Source: Deltaproteobacteria bacterium
Lineage (GTDB): Bacteria; Desulfobacterota; Desulfobulbia; Desulfobulbales; Desulfocapsaceae
DNA length: 52,221 nt
Assembly (NCBI GenBank): GCA_002747805.1
Contig: PDQP01000050.1
Span: 1 to 52,221, forward strand
Direction: 5' to 3'
Part shown: one piece after another, positions 27,479 through 36,430 of the stretch
Layout: the number at the start of each line of letters is the position of its first letter
Numbering within the stretch: position 1 is the stretch's first letter
The notes under the pieces: generated by a model
The model's database searches: none
Told to the model about the DNA's origin: nothing
Seen by the model: only the letters and a program-made list of their open reading frames with translations
Program-made: the position numbers and the translations under genes

Positions 27479-28117
27479 ATGTTTGATTTTTTAGGTTCTA
27501 CCATCGGCAAAAAGATGCTTATGGCCGCTTCCGGGCTATGCCTGATTTTATTTCTCTGCGTCCATGCCGCCGGTAATATCACCATTTTTGTCGGCAGTGA
27601 ACTCTTTCAGGGTTACGCGGATAATCTGCATAGTCATCCGGTGATTGTCTTTTGTTTTCGGGTGGGTCTCACGGCCATCTTTGCCATTCATATTATGCTT
27701 GGCTTAAAATTATGGCTGGCTGGCAGAAAAGAGGGAAAAAACCGTTATATTGTCAATAAATGGGCCAGCAGAAATTCTCTTGCTATGTCCACCATGCCCT
27801 ATACCGGTATCCTGCTGCTGGTTTTCGTTCTGGTTCATGTTTTTGACTTTGCCGTGGCTCCCGGACATGATGACAAGATTTCCCAGGTGGTTGCTGAGGT
27901 GCTGGGCAATTACGGCATGGTTATTTTTTATCTTCTTGGTTTTACTGCTCTTTTTATTCATCTGAGCCACGGTTTCTGGTCGATGCTGCAAACCTTCGGT
28001 CTCAACCACCCCCGTTATAATGCTGCTATCACCTGTGCAACCTATTTAGTCCCCGGATTTTTCCTGTGTTTTTTTAGCGTGCTTGCCCTTTATTTGCTGA
28101 CCGCAGGCAGTTATTAG
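27479..28117 (+). CDS. sdhC: Succinate dehydrogenase/fumarate reductase cytochrome b subunit (single five-helix anchor type)
   Basis: 212-aa polytopic protein with conserved His residues in its TM helices. It sits directly upstream of the flavoprotein and Fe-S subunit genes. Confidence 0.8.
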   Translation: MFDFLGSTIGKKMLMAASGLCLILFLCVHAAGNITIFVGSELFQGYADNLHSHPVIVFCFRVGLTAIFAIHIMLGLKLWLAGRKEGKNRYIVNKWASRNSLAMSTMPYTGILLLVFVLVHVFDFAVAPGHDDKISQVVAEVLGNYGMVIFYLLGFTALFIHLSHGFWSMLQTFGLNHPRYNAAITCATYLVPGFFLCFFSVLALYLLTAGSY

Positions 28118-28156
28118 CCTTGCCGCATAAGGCCGTAAATTTTTATTGGTAATATC

Positions 28157-30085
28157 ATGGAACTAAAATCAAATATACCAGAGGGGCCGCTGGAAAAAAA
28201 ATGGGATAATCACCAGTTTGCCAGCAAGCTGGTCAATCCGGCTAATCGGCGGAAGTATAGTATTATTGTAGTCGGCACCGGCCTGGCTGGCGGTGCTGCC
28301 TCGGCAACCCTGGCCGAACAGGGCTATAATGTAAAGACTTTTTGTATTCAGGACAGTCCGCGCCGGGCCCATTCCATTGCCGCTCAGGGCGGTATCAATG
28401 CCGCCAAAAATTATCAGAATGACGGCGATTCAGTCTTCCGGCTGTTTTATGACACCATCAAAGGCGGTGATTTCCGCTCCCGTGAGGCCAATGTCTACCG
28501 CCTGGCCCAGGTCAGCAATCAGATCATCGACCAATGCGTGGCCCAGGGCGTACCCTTTGCCCGTGAATACGGCGGCACCCTGGCCAACCGTTCCTTTGGC
28601 GGCGCGCAGGTCAGCCGTACCTTTTATGCCCGCGGGCAGACCGGACAGCAGCTTCTGCTTGGGGCATATTCCGCCCTTTCCCGTCAGATTCATGCCGGAC
28701 GGGTAAAGATGTACACCCGCCGCGAGATGATGGATGTAGTGGTAGCGGGCGGCCGGGCCAGGGGGATTACCGTCCGCAATATTATTACCGGCGAGCTTGA
28801 AAGCCATGCCGCCGATCTGGTTATTCTGGCTACTGGCGGCTACGGCAATGTCTATTTTCTTTCCACCAATGCCATGGCTTCCAATGTAACGGCGGCCTTT
28901 CGTGCCTATAAAAAGGGGGCCGGTTTTGCCAATCCATCCTTTGTGCAGATTCACCCGACCTGTATTCCGGTGCATGGCGATTTTCAGTCCAAGCTGACCC
29001 TGATGTCGGAATCACTGCGTAATGACGGCCGGGTCTGGGTGCCGAAAAAACCTGGAGATACCAGAAACCCGGGCGATATTCCCGAAGCAGAGCGTGATTA
29101 TTATCTGGAGAGCAAATATCCCGGTTTTGGTAATCTGGTGCCTCGTGATGTGGCTTCCCGTAATGCCAAGGAACAATGCGATCTGGGCAAGGGGGTCGGC
29201 TCAACCGGGCTGGCGGTTTATCTGGATTTTGCTGATGCCATCAAGCGGGACGGCGAAGAGGTGATCTTCCGTAAATACGGCAATCTCTTCCAGATGTACG
29301 AAAAAATTGTCGATGCCGACCCGATGAAGGAGCCGATGATGATTTATCCGGCGGTTCACTATACCATGGGCGGGCTGTGGGTTGATTATAATTTGATGAC
29401 CACTATTCCCGGGCTTTTTGCCATTGGTGAGTGCAATTTTTCTGATCACGGGGCAAACCGGCTGGGGGCCTCGGCTTTGATGCAGGGGCTGGCGGACGGC
29501 TATTTTGTTATTTCCACTTGCGTTGCCAACTATCTGGGCCGCAATCAGCTAGAGGCGGCGGATGAAAACCAGCCGGAATTTCTTGATTCCCGCCGTGAGG
29601 TAGAGGAACGTATCCAGCGGCTTCTGAAAAACAGCGGCGGCACTTCTTCCGGCAAGAGTACCGTTGATGAAATTCATAAGGAACTGGGGCGGTTAATGTG
29701 GGATCACTGCGGCATGGCCCGCAATAAACAGGGTCTGGAACAGGCTCTGGGCGAGCTGCCCGCCATCCGGCAAAAATTTTGGGATACGGTCTATATCCCC
29801 GGCGGCACCAAGGAAATTAACCAGTCCCTGGAACGGGCCGGGCGGGTGGCCGATTTCCTTGAATTTGCCGAGATTATGATTCGCGATGCCCTGGCAAGGG
29901 AAGAGTCCTGCGGCTGCCATCTGCGCGAGGAGAGCCAGACCGAGGAAAATGAGGCCAGGCGGGACGATCAAAATTTCTCCCACGTTGCAGTATGGGAGCA
30001 TACCGGCGAAGATAGTGAGCCGAGGCTCCATAAGGAACAGCTCACCTTTGAAAATGTTACCCCTTCCCAGCGTAGTTATAAATAA
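28157..30085 (+). CDS. sdhA: Succinate dehydrogenase/fumarate reductase flavoprotein subunit
   Basis: FAD-binding [17 protein letters not shown], the covalent-FAD His context [14 protein letters not shown] and the active site HPT...ESLRNDGR. Confidence 0.9.
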   Translation: MELKSNIPEGPLEKKWDNHQFASKLVNPANRRKYSIIVVGTGLAGGAASATLAEQGYNVKTFCIQDSPRRAHSIAAQGGINAAKNYQNDGDSVFRLFYDTIKGGDFRSREANVYRLAQVSNQIIDQCVAQGVPFAREYGGTLANRSFGGAQVSRTFYARGQTGQQLLLGAYSALSRQIHAGRVKMYTRREMMDVVVAGGRARGITVRNIITGELESHAADLVILATGGYGNVYFLSTNAMASNVTAAFRAYKKGAGFANPSFVQIHPTCIPVHGDFQSKLTLMSESLRNDGRVWVPKKPGDTRNPGDIPEAERDYYLESKYPGFGNLVPRDVASRNAKEQCDLGKGVGSTGLAVYLDFADAIKRDGEEVIFRKYGNLFQMYEKIVDADPMKEPMMIYPAVHYTMGGLWVDYNLMTTIPGLFAIGECNFSDHGANRLGASALMQGLADGYFVISTCVANYLGRNQLEAADENQPEFLDSRREVEERIQRLLKNSGGTSSGKSTVDEIHKELGRLMWDHCGMARNKQGLEQALGELPAIRQKFWDTVYIPGGTKEINQSLERAGRVADFLEFAEIMIRDALAREESCGCHLREESQTEENEARRDDQNFSHVAVWEHTGEDSEPRLHKEQLTFENVTPSQRSYK

Positions 30086-30106
30086 TAAGCAGACAGGAAA
30101 AGCGGC

Positions 30107-30862
30107 ATGAGTGAAATAAATTTGACCCTGAAAATATGGCGGCAGCCGGACAGTGAAGCCAAGGGAAAGCTCGAGACCTACCCGCTGGAAAATATCACCA
30201 CTGATATGTCCTTTCTGGAGATGCTGGATGTGCTGAATGAAAAGCTGACCCATGAGGGCATCGATCCGGTCGCCTTTGACCATGACTGCCGCGAGGGGAT
30301 TTGCGGCATGTGCGGGGCGGTGGTCAACGGCGTGGCACATGGGCCGGAAAAAGAGACTACCCTGTGTCAGCTGCACATGCGTCATTTCAGGGACGGCGAT
30401 ACCATTGTCATTGAACCCTTTCGTTCCAGGGCCTATCCCGTCCGCAAGGATTTGATCGTTGACCGCTCGGCCCTGGACCGTATTATTCAGTCGGGCGGCT
30501 ATGTCAATGTTAATACCGGCGGTGCCCCGGATGCCAATGCCATGCCGGTTTCCTCCATCCAGGCGGAACTTGCCATGGATGCGGCGGCCTGTATCGGCTG
30601 CGGCTCCTGCGTGGCCTCCTGCCCGAATGGATCGGCCATGCTTTTTACTTCGGCCAAGGTCAGCCAGCTTGCCCTGCTGCCGCAGGGTCAGGTTGAACGT
30701 AAGGAGCGGGCCAAGGCGATGGTTGCCCAAATGGATGGTGAGGGTTTTGGGCATTGTACCAATACTAGGGAATGTGAGGCGGTTTGTCCCAAGGGGATTT
30801 CCATCAGCAATATCGCCCGCCTTAACCGTGAATATTTAAGCGGCATTTTGCTTGGCAGATAA
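30107..30862 (+). CDS. sdhB: Succinate dehydrogenase/fumarate reductase iron-sulfur subunit
   Basis: [2Fe-2S] [10 protein letters not shown], plus [12 protein letters not shown] and [15 protein letters not shown] cluster motifs. Confidence 0.9.
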   Translation: MSEINLTLKIWRQPDSEAKGKLETYPLENITTDMSFLEMLDVLNEKLTHEGIDPVAFDHDCREGICGMCGAVVNGVAHGPEKETTLCQLHMRHFRDGDTIVIEPFRSRAYPVRKDLIVDRSALDRIIQSGGYVNVNTGGAPDANAMPVSSIQAELAMDAAACIGCGSCVASCPNGSAMLFTSAKVSQLALLPQGQVERKERAKAMVAQMDGEGFGHCTNTRECEAVCPKGISISNIARLNREYLSGILLGR

Positions 30863-30872
30863 AAGGATCAGC

Positions 30873-31256
30873 ATGAAAAATGTAATCAGATATTTTACGG
30901 CGGCGGTTATCCTCTTGATGACCGGCTGCTACCAGGCCCCAATTCGGCATCTTGCGTCAGATGCATCCCTGATAAAGGCCGGCAACAGCCGTCAGGATGT
31001 CCTGCTTCTGCTTGGTGAGCCGGATACACAACAGAATCTGGCGGACGGCAGCGAGGAATGGATATATTATGAAGAACGCCTGTCTACCATGCAAAAGATG
31101 CCGCTGGTTGGAGAGGCGTTCAGTGCGGACGGCTATGGCCTGATCCGCATTATCTTAAATGACGGCGTGGTAAGTTCCTGTGAATACAGCTCTTTCAGAA
31201 AGGATGAGCTTGGCTGGGAAGATGATTATTCCTGGCAGCAAGAGGCTGGGCAATAA
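30873..31256 (+). CDS. Small lipoprotein, BamE/SmpA-OmlA-like
   Basis: Lipobox LLMTGC after a signal peptide. The SRQDVLLLLGEPD...EEWIYY pattern resembles BamE. Start trimmed to MKNVIRYF. Confidence 0.5.
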   Translation: MKNVIRYFTAAVILLMTGCYQAPIRHLASDASLIKAGNSRQDVLLLLGEPDTQQNLADGSEEWIYYEERLSTMQKMPLVGEAFSADGYGLIRIILNDGVVSSCEYSSFRKDELGWEDDYSWQQEAGQ

Positions 31257-31257
31257 A

Positions 31258-31905
31258 GTGGCCGGGGATTTATCCACCATCAGAAAAAAGATGGTTTATG
31301 AGCAGCTGGTAAGCCGCGGCATTACCCATCAGCAGACCCTGGCGGCCATGATGGAAGTGCCGCGTCATCTATTTGTTGATGATGCCTTGAGGGGCCGGGC
31401 CTACGGCGATCACCCCCTGCCCATTGCCGGCGGCCAAACCATTTCCCAGCCGTTTATTGTCGCCTGGATGACCCAGATGCTTGACCTTAAGGGCGGCGAA
31501 AAGGTGCTGGAAATCGGCACTGGTTCCGGTTATCAGGCGGCGGTGTTGTCCAGAATCTGCGGAAGTGTCTATACGGTTGAGCGGGTCAACTCACTATTGG
31601 CCGGAGCTAGAAGGATATTTTCCGGTCTACGTTATTATAATATTCAGGCCAGACTGGATGACGGCACCGCCGGCTGGAAGGAATATGCCCCCTTTGATGC
31701 TATTATGGTAACGGCAGGAGGGCCGGAGATACCGGAGCCGCTTATTGACCAGCTAGCCGAAGCTGGCCGGATGGTGATTCCCGTGGGCGGCCGGGAAGTT
31801 CAATCCCTTCAGCTAGTCAAAAAGGAAGACGGAAAAATATCCGTTCAAAATCTGCAGGAAGTTCGTTTTGTCAATTTAATAGGTAAATATGGCTGGTCAA
31901 AATAA
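31258..31905 (+). CDS. pcm: Protein-L-isoaspartate O-methyltransferase
   Basis: VPRHLFV..., GQTISQPFIVAWMTQ and the SAM motif VLEIGTGSGYQAAVL. The GTG start at 31258 lies just after the preceding stop; an alternative ATG lies 11 codons downstream at 31291 (MVYEQL). Confidence 0.85.
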   Translation: MAGDLSTIRKKMVYEQLVSRGITHQQTLAAMMEVPRHLFVDDALRGRAYGDHPLPIAGGQTISQPFIVAWMTQMLDLKGGEKVLEIGTGSGYQAAVLSRICGSVYTVERVNSLLAGARRIFSGLRYYNIQARLDDGTAGWKEYAPFDAIMVTAGGPEIPEPLIDQLAEAGRMVIPVGGREVQSLQLVKKEDGKISVQNLQEVRFVNLIGKYGWSK

Positions 31906-32509
31906 AACGGCGGACAGGCAAGCTGGTCTGCTAAGAAGAACCTACGATGCCTGCATGGAGTGGATCGCTTCCCCCTACGGTCTGTGGGTGCTTTTTATTA
32001 TCGCCTTTGCCGAATCATCATTTTTCCCCATTCCGCCGGATGTTTTTTTGATTGCCCTCTGCGTCAGTGTCCCGGCCAAATCTTTCAAATATGCCGCCAT
32101 CTGTACGGCAGGGTCGGTACTTGGCGGCGGCTTTGGTTACGGGCTGGGCATGTGGTTTATGGACAGTATAGGGCAAGATATTCTTAACTGGTATCATCTG
32201 GCGGAAAAATATGACCGGGTGCAGCAGCTCTACGGGCAATACAATGCCTGGGCAACCTTTGCGGCCGGATTTACCCCCCTGCCCTACAAGCTGTTTACCA
32301 TTACCGCCGGGGCCTTTAAGGTGGATTTTTCTATTTTTATGCTCGCCTCGCTACTGGCAAGGGCCGGCCGTTTTATGCTGGTGGCAGCCCTGATCTGGAA
32401 ATTCGGCGGTGCCGTCAAATACTATATCGACCGCTATTTCAATCTGCTTTCCATAATCTTTATGGTGCTGCTGATAGGCGGGTTTATCCTGATCAAATTT
32501 TTTTTATGA
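31889..32509 (+). CDS. YqaA/DedA-family (SNARE-associated domain) membrane protein
   Basis: 206 aa with the FAESSFFPIPPDVFLIAL motif, GGGFGYGLG and FTPLPYKLFTITAG. It overlaps the pcm end by 17 nt. Confidence 0.7.
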   Translation: MAGQNKTADRQAGLLRRTYDACMEWIASPYGLWVLFIIAFAESSFFPIPPDVFLIALCVSVPAKSFKYAAICTAGSVLGGGFGYGLGMWFMDSIGQDILNWYHLAEKYDRVQQLYGQYNAWATFAAGFTPLPYKLFTITAGAFKVDFSIFMLASLLARAGRFMLVAALIWKFGGAVKYYIDRYFNLLSIIFMVLLIGGFILIKFFL

Positions 32510-32540
32510 TAAAACTGGTTTGATATATTTTTGTGGGATA

Positions 32541-32823
32541 GGGCAGAAATGGATTCTGCCCCTACGTGGATTGAGGCGGTTTCCATATCCGCCCATAATG
32601 ATTCTATCCGGCCGTAATGGATTGGGGCAGAAATTGATTCTGCCCCTACAGGAATTGCGACCGAACGTAGGGGCGGATTCCATATCCGCCCGAATATATT
32701 GTCTGCGTCTGATAAAAAAAATCAATTTGGGCAGAAATTGATTCTGCCCCTACGTGATAATTTGGGCAGAAATGGATTCTGCCAATGCGTCATAAAATGT
32801 AGGGGCGGATTCCATATCCGCCC
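32541..32823. repeat. Cluster of REP-like 25-nt palindromic elements of two subtypes in both orientations
   Basis: Subtype A, GGGCAGAAAT(G/T)GATTCTGCCCCTAC, occurs at 32541-32565, 32624-32649 and 32729-32753, with a truncated copy at 32764-32783. Subtype B, GTAGGGGCGGATTCCATATCCGCCC, occurs at 32667-32691 and 32799-32823, with a degenerate copy at 32573-32594. The cluster lies between the convergent yqaA-like gene and mfd. Confidence 0.85.
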
Positions 32824-32861
32824 GTAATATAAAGAGGTACGGAAAAAAATGCTGAAATGAG

Positions 32862-35800
32862 CTAAGATACCAGTGCTGCAAGTTCATCAAGAATGGCTGA
32901 AACGGCCATCAAAATACCCTCAGTAGTAGTTGCTTTGGTATTAACCACCAGCCGTCCATCCGGGACAAGCCGAAGCTCCGGTTTGGAGCCGGTATTCTTT
33001 TGCTCCAGCCAGGCGGTAAGTTTGGCCGGAGCAACGGCCGTATTAGCGGTAAAACTAAAAATCAGATTGCCGGCCCCCCTTTCCAGCTTACCCATGCCCA
33101 GCCGGATCATCTTTCTTTTCAACCCGACCACGGCAAAAAGATTATTGGTCTCAGCAGGCAGGGGGCCGAATCTATCCTCAAGCTCATCGGCAAGCTCATC
33201 ATGCTCTGCAGCAGGTAAGGCAGAAAGAGCTGATATTCTTCTATAAATCATATAACGCTGGGAAACATCCTGAATATAATCTTCCGGTATATAGGCAGGA
33301 ATCTGCAAGTTGATTTCAGGCTCAATCTCCTCGGACGGTCTTTCTCCGCCGCCGGCTTTTAGTTCCAGCACGGTCTTTTGCAGCAGGTCAAGATATAGAT
33401 CATAACCGATGGCAGCGATATTACCGCTTTGTGAAATGCCGAGCAGATTGCCGCCGCCCCGAATCTGCAAATCGCTCATGGCCAGCTTAAAACCGCCGCC
33501 CAGCTCGCTGCAGTCCATCAAGGCCCGAAGCCGCTCTCTGGAATCCTTGCTTAATGCCTCAAGAGAAGGCACCAGCAGATAGGCATAGGATTGCAGGTTT
33601 GAACGCCCGACCCGGCCCCGCAGCTGGTATATTTCCGCCATTCCCAGCCGATCGGCCCGGTCGATAATAATGGTATTGGCCGTGGGAATATCCAGCCCCG
33701 ATTCAATAATGGTGGTGCAAAGCAGGACATCGATATTTTTATTGACAAAGGAGACCATGATCTCCTCAAGCTCGCTGCCGGTCATCTGCCCATGGGCAAC
33801 CGCCAGCCTGGCCTCCGGCACCAATTTCTGGATACGGGCGGCCATCTGATGAATTGATTTTACCCGGTTATGGACAAAAAATACCTGCCCGCCGCGGTGC
33901 ATCTCCTTCAAGACCGCCTCTTTTATAACCAGATCATCATACTGGGCAACAAAGGTCTTGACCGGCCGACGATGCTCCGGCGGCGTGGAGATCACCGAAA
34001 GATCGCGTATGCCGAGAAGCGACATCTGCAGGGTTCTTGGGATAGGGGTGGCGGTCAGGGTCAGGATGTCCACATCTGCCTTGATTTTCTTGATTTTTTC
34101 CTTATGAGCCACCCCGAAACGATGCTCTTCATCCACAATCAGCAGCCCCAAATCCTGATAAACAATGTCCTTGGAGAGCAACCTATGAGTGCCGATGATA
34201 ATGTTAATTTCTCCGGCCGCCAGTTCCCGGATAATCTTTTTCTGCTCACTGCTGCTTCTAAAGCGGTTGATACAGGCGATTTTGACCGGAAAACCCTGCA
34301 GGCGGTCGATAAAGGTCTTGGCATGTTGTTCGGACAAAACCGTGGTCGGCACCAGCACCGCCACCTGACCGCCGTCTTCCACCACCTTGAAGGCGGCCCG
34401 CACCGCCACCTCGGTCTTGCCATAGCCCACATCGCCGCAAATCAGGCGGTCGGTGGACTTTGCCGAAGTAAGATCATCAATGGTATCATTGATCGCCTTT
34501 AACTGCCCGGGCGTTTCATCATAGGGAAAGGACTCTTCAAGTTCATGGTACAGGGAAGCTGGCGGAGAAAACTGCCTGCCCTGCTGCATCTCCCGTCTGG
34601 CATAGATGTCCAATAGCTCCTGGGCCACCTTCCAGACCTCTTCTTTTACCTTGTTTTTAACGTTTTTCCAGTTCTGGCTGCCAAGTTTATCTATCCTGGG
34701 CTGCTGATCGGAAAGGCCCTCATAACGGCTGATCAGGTTCAAACGGTCAACAGGCAGATAGAGCTTGTCGCCATCCCGATATTCCAGCAGCATAAAGTCA
34801 TTTTTTACCCCTTGAATTTCCATGGCGGAAAGGCCAAGATACAGCCCCAGACCATGATCCCGGTGTACTACAATGTCGCCTTCCTTAAGTTCAGCAAAAC
34901 GTACCGGCTCACCCTTTACCCGGCGGCCTTTTTTAGAGGCTCCGCCCAGCCGCATCTCGCCGAACAACTCACTTTCGGACAGGAAATGGATATTTTCACT
35001 GGGAAGAGAAAAACCGCCGGATAGCGGGTAATCACAGAGCAGCAATTCGCCGGATGGAATATGCCGCACCGCCCCGGCATTAACCGGCGGCCCTATTAAC
35101 CGGACGTTATGATGAAACCTTGCCAAAAGCTCGGCCAGATTCTTGGTCCGCTTGGGCGAACGGCAGCAGATTACCACCTGCTGATCCTGCCGCTGCCAGT
35201 CCAGGATCTGGTCGGTAAGCGGGGCCAGCAGCCCGTGCTGACGGCGCTGCATACTGATATTTTGCTTGAGTAGCTGATGATCCTGGGTATTACACGGCAT
35301 TTCCTGCTGGCCGGGAGCCGGAAAACCGCCACAATGAATCTGACCAAAATGCAAAAAATTTTCTTCTAGCTGCCCGCCGGATAAAAACAGTTCATCCGGC
35401 GGCAGGGCTGGCCGATTATGCTGCCGGGCCTCACGGTAATTGGCCTCGATCCGCTCTTCCACCAGCGAAACGGTTTGCCTGGCCGCCTGCCGATCATAAA
35501 AGAAAAGGGCAGTATCCTCAGCCAGATAATCAAAAATAGATGAGCAGCTTCGGTAAAAAAGGGGCAGAAAAAATTCAATGCCGGTGAAATGCTGCCGACT
35601 GGCAAGCTGCTCTTCCAGTCGGCCGACCAGCTCTTCATCCCACTGGTTTTCATCGGCCAGCCTTATAAAATAACTAATTGTTTCTTCGAGTTTTTTTTCG
35701 TCAGGGAAAATAACATCATGCACCGGCAGCAAAAATGCTTCTTCCAGCTCCCGGTACGATCTTTGTGAAACCGGATCAAAACAGCGGATGCTCTCCACCG

Positions 35801-36380
35801 TATCACCAAAGAAATCAAGCCGAATCGGGGCCTCGACTATATCTGCCTGGTAAGGAAACGGCGGCGGGAAAATATCAATGATGCCGCCCCGTACCGAATA
35901 ATCCCCCACCGATTTAACCAGAGATGTCCGCTCATAACCGAGCCGATCAAGGCTTTGGATTAGCCGCTCATGCTCGCATTCATTTTCCGCCATCACCAGC
36001 TCGGCCAGATTACTGAGCAGGTTTTTGGGTATTACCCGCCTCATCAGGGCCTCAATGGAGGCCACCACGATACAAGGCTCAGTAGCTGATTCCAGCAGAT
36101 ATAAACCAGCAAGGAGGGCTGCCGTAGTTTGCTGATCGGGAGAAAGCGGGGTATAGGGCGGAATTTCATAACCGGGAAAGGAAATCACCCGGCTAGGTGA
36201 AAACAATTTTAGATCCTGCTCGGCCAGTGGCACCTGATGCTCATCAGGGACAATAACGCAACAATTTCGTCCGGAAGCGGCAATACCGCTGACCACCAGA
36301 GACGGCGAGCCGCCCCGCAGTCCGGTCAAAACAGTTTCCCCTCCCGGCGTAAGGCTAATATTCTCGATTATTTCCTGCAT
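32862..36380 (-). CDS. mfd: Transcription-repair coupling factor Mfd
   Basis: 1172 aa with the superfamily-2 helicase core (DRLICGDVGYGKTEVA, LLIVDEEHRFG, TLTATPIPRT, QLRGRVGRS) and a C-terminal TRCF domain. Confidence 0.95.
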   Translation of the reverse strand: MQEIIENISLTPGGETVLTGLRGGSPSLVVSGIAASGRNCCVIVPDEHQVPLAEQDLKLFSPSRVISFPGYEIPPYTPLSPDQQTTAALLAGLYLLESATEPCIVVASIEALMRRVIPKNLLSNLAELVMAENECEHERLIQSLDRLGYERTSLVKSVGDYSVRGGIIDIFPPPFPYQADIVEAPIRLDFFGDTVESIRCFDPVSQRSYRELEEAFLLPVHDVIFPDEKKLEETISYFIRLADENQWDEELVGRLEEQLASRQHFTGIEFFLPLFYRSCSSIFDYLAEDTALFFYDRQAARQTVSLVEERIEANYREARQHNRPALPPDELFLSGGQLEENFLHFGQIHCGGFPAPGQQEMPCNTQDHQLLKQNISMQRRQHGLLAPLTDQILDWQRQDQQVVICCRSPKRTKNLAELLARFHHNVRLIGPPVNAGAVRHIPSGELLLCDYPLSGGFSLPSENIHFLSESELFGEMRLGGASKKGRRVKGEPVRFAELKEGDIVVHRDHGLGLYLGLSAMEIQGVKNDFMLLEYRDGDKLYLPVDRLNLISRYEGLSDQQPRIDKLGSQNWKNVKNKVKEEVWKVAQELLDIYARREMQQGRQFSPPASLYHELEESFPYDETPGQLKAINDTIDDLTSAKSTDRLICGDVGYGKTEVAVRAAFKVVEDGGQVAVLVPTTVLSEQHAKTFIDRLQGFPVKIACINRFRSSSEQKKIIRELAAGEINIIIGTHRLLSKDIVYQDLGLLIVDEEHRFGVAHKEKIKKIKADVDILTLTATPIPRTLQMSLLGIRDLSVISTPPEHRRPVKTFVAQYDDLVIKEAVLKEMHRGGQVFFVHNRVKSIHQMAARIQKLVPEARLAVAHGQMTGSELEEIMVSFVNKNIDVLLCTTIIESGLDIPTANTIIIDRADRLGMAEIYQLRGRVGRSNLQSYAYLLVPSLEALSKDSRERLRALMDCSELGGGFKLAMSDLQIRGGGNLLGISQSGNIAAIGYDLYLDLLQKTVLELKAGGGERPSEEIEPEINLQIPAYIPEDYIQDVSQRYMIYRRISALSALPAAEHDELADELEDRFGPLPAETNNLFAVVGLKRKMIRLGMGKLERGAGNLIFSFTANTAVAPAKLTAWLEQKNTGSKPELRLVPDGRLVVNTKATTTEGILMAVSAILDELAALVS

Positions 36381-36430
36381 AAGAAGGGCCGACTGCCTTC
36401 GCCGCAGCCGACCTTTGGTGAGTTGGTCAA

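Noticed and set aside
29693-30754. 353-aa minus-strand ORF spanning the sdhA/sdhB junction, and similar antisense ORFs at 28430-28975, 28830-29204, 22058-22714, 23287-23826, 2973-3518, 11551-12301, 33870-34502 and 46640-47206
   Set aside because: All lie opposite confidently identified genes (sdhAB, nifS, thyX, tyrS, CheB-like, mfd, ynbE/ydbL) and show Gly/Arg/His/Pro-rich antisense composition. They are treated as non-coding.
32504-32741. Two overlapping 73-aa ORFs, one on each strand, in the yqaA-mfd gap
   Set aside because: They are generated by read-through of the REP-like palindromes, and repeated peptide fragments mirror the DNA repeats. Neither has an RBS or a plausible protein sequence.
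32541-32823. Possible CRISPR array, given the repeated units of about 25 nt
   Set aside because: The repeats are strongly palindromic, occur in both orientations, have irregular spacers of about 7 to 37 nt and come as two sequence subtypes. No cas genes or leader are present. The pattern fits REP/BIME elements rather than CRISPR.
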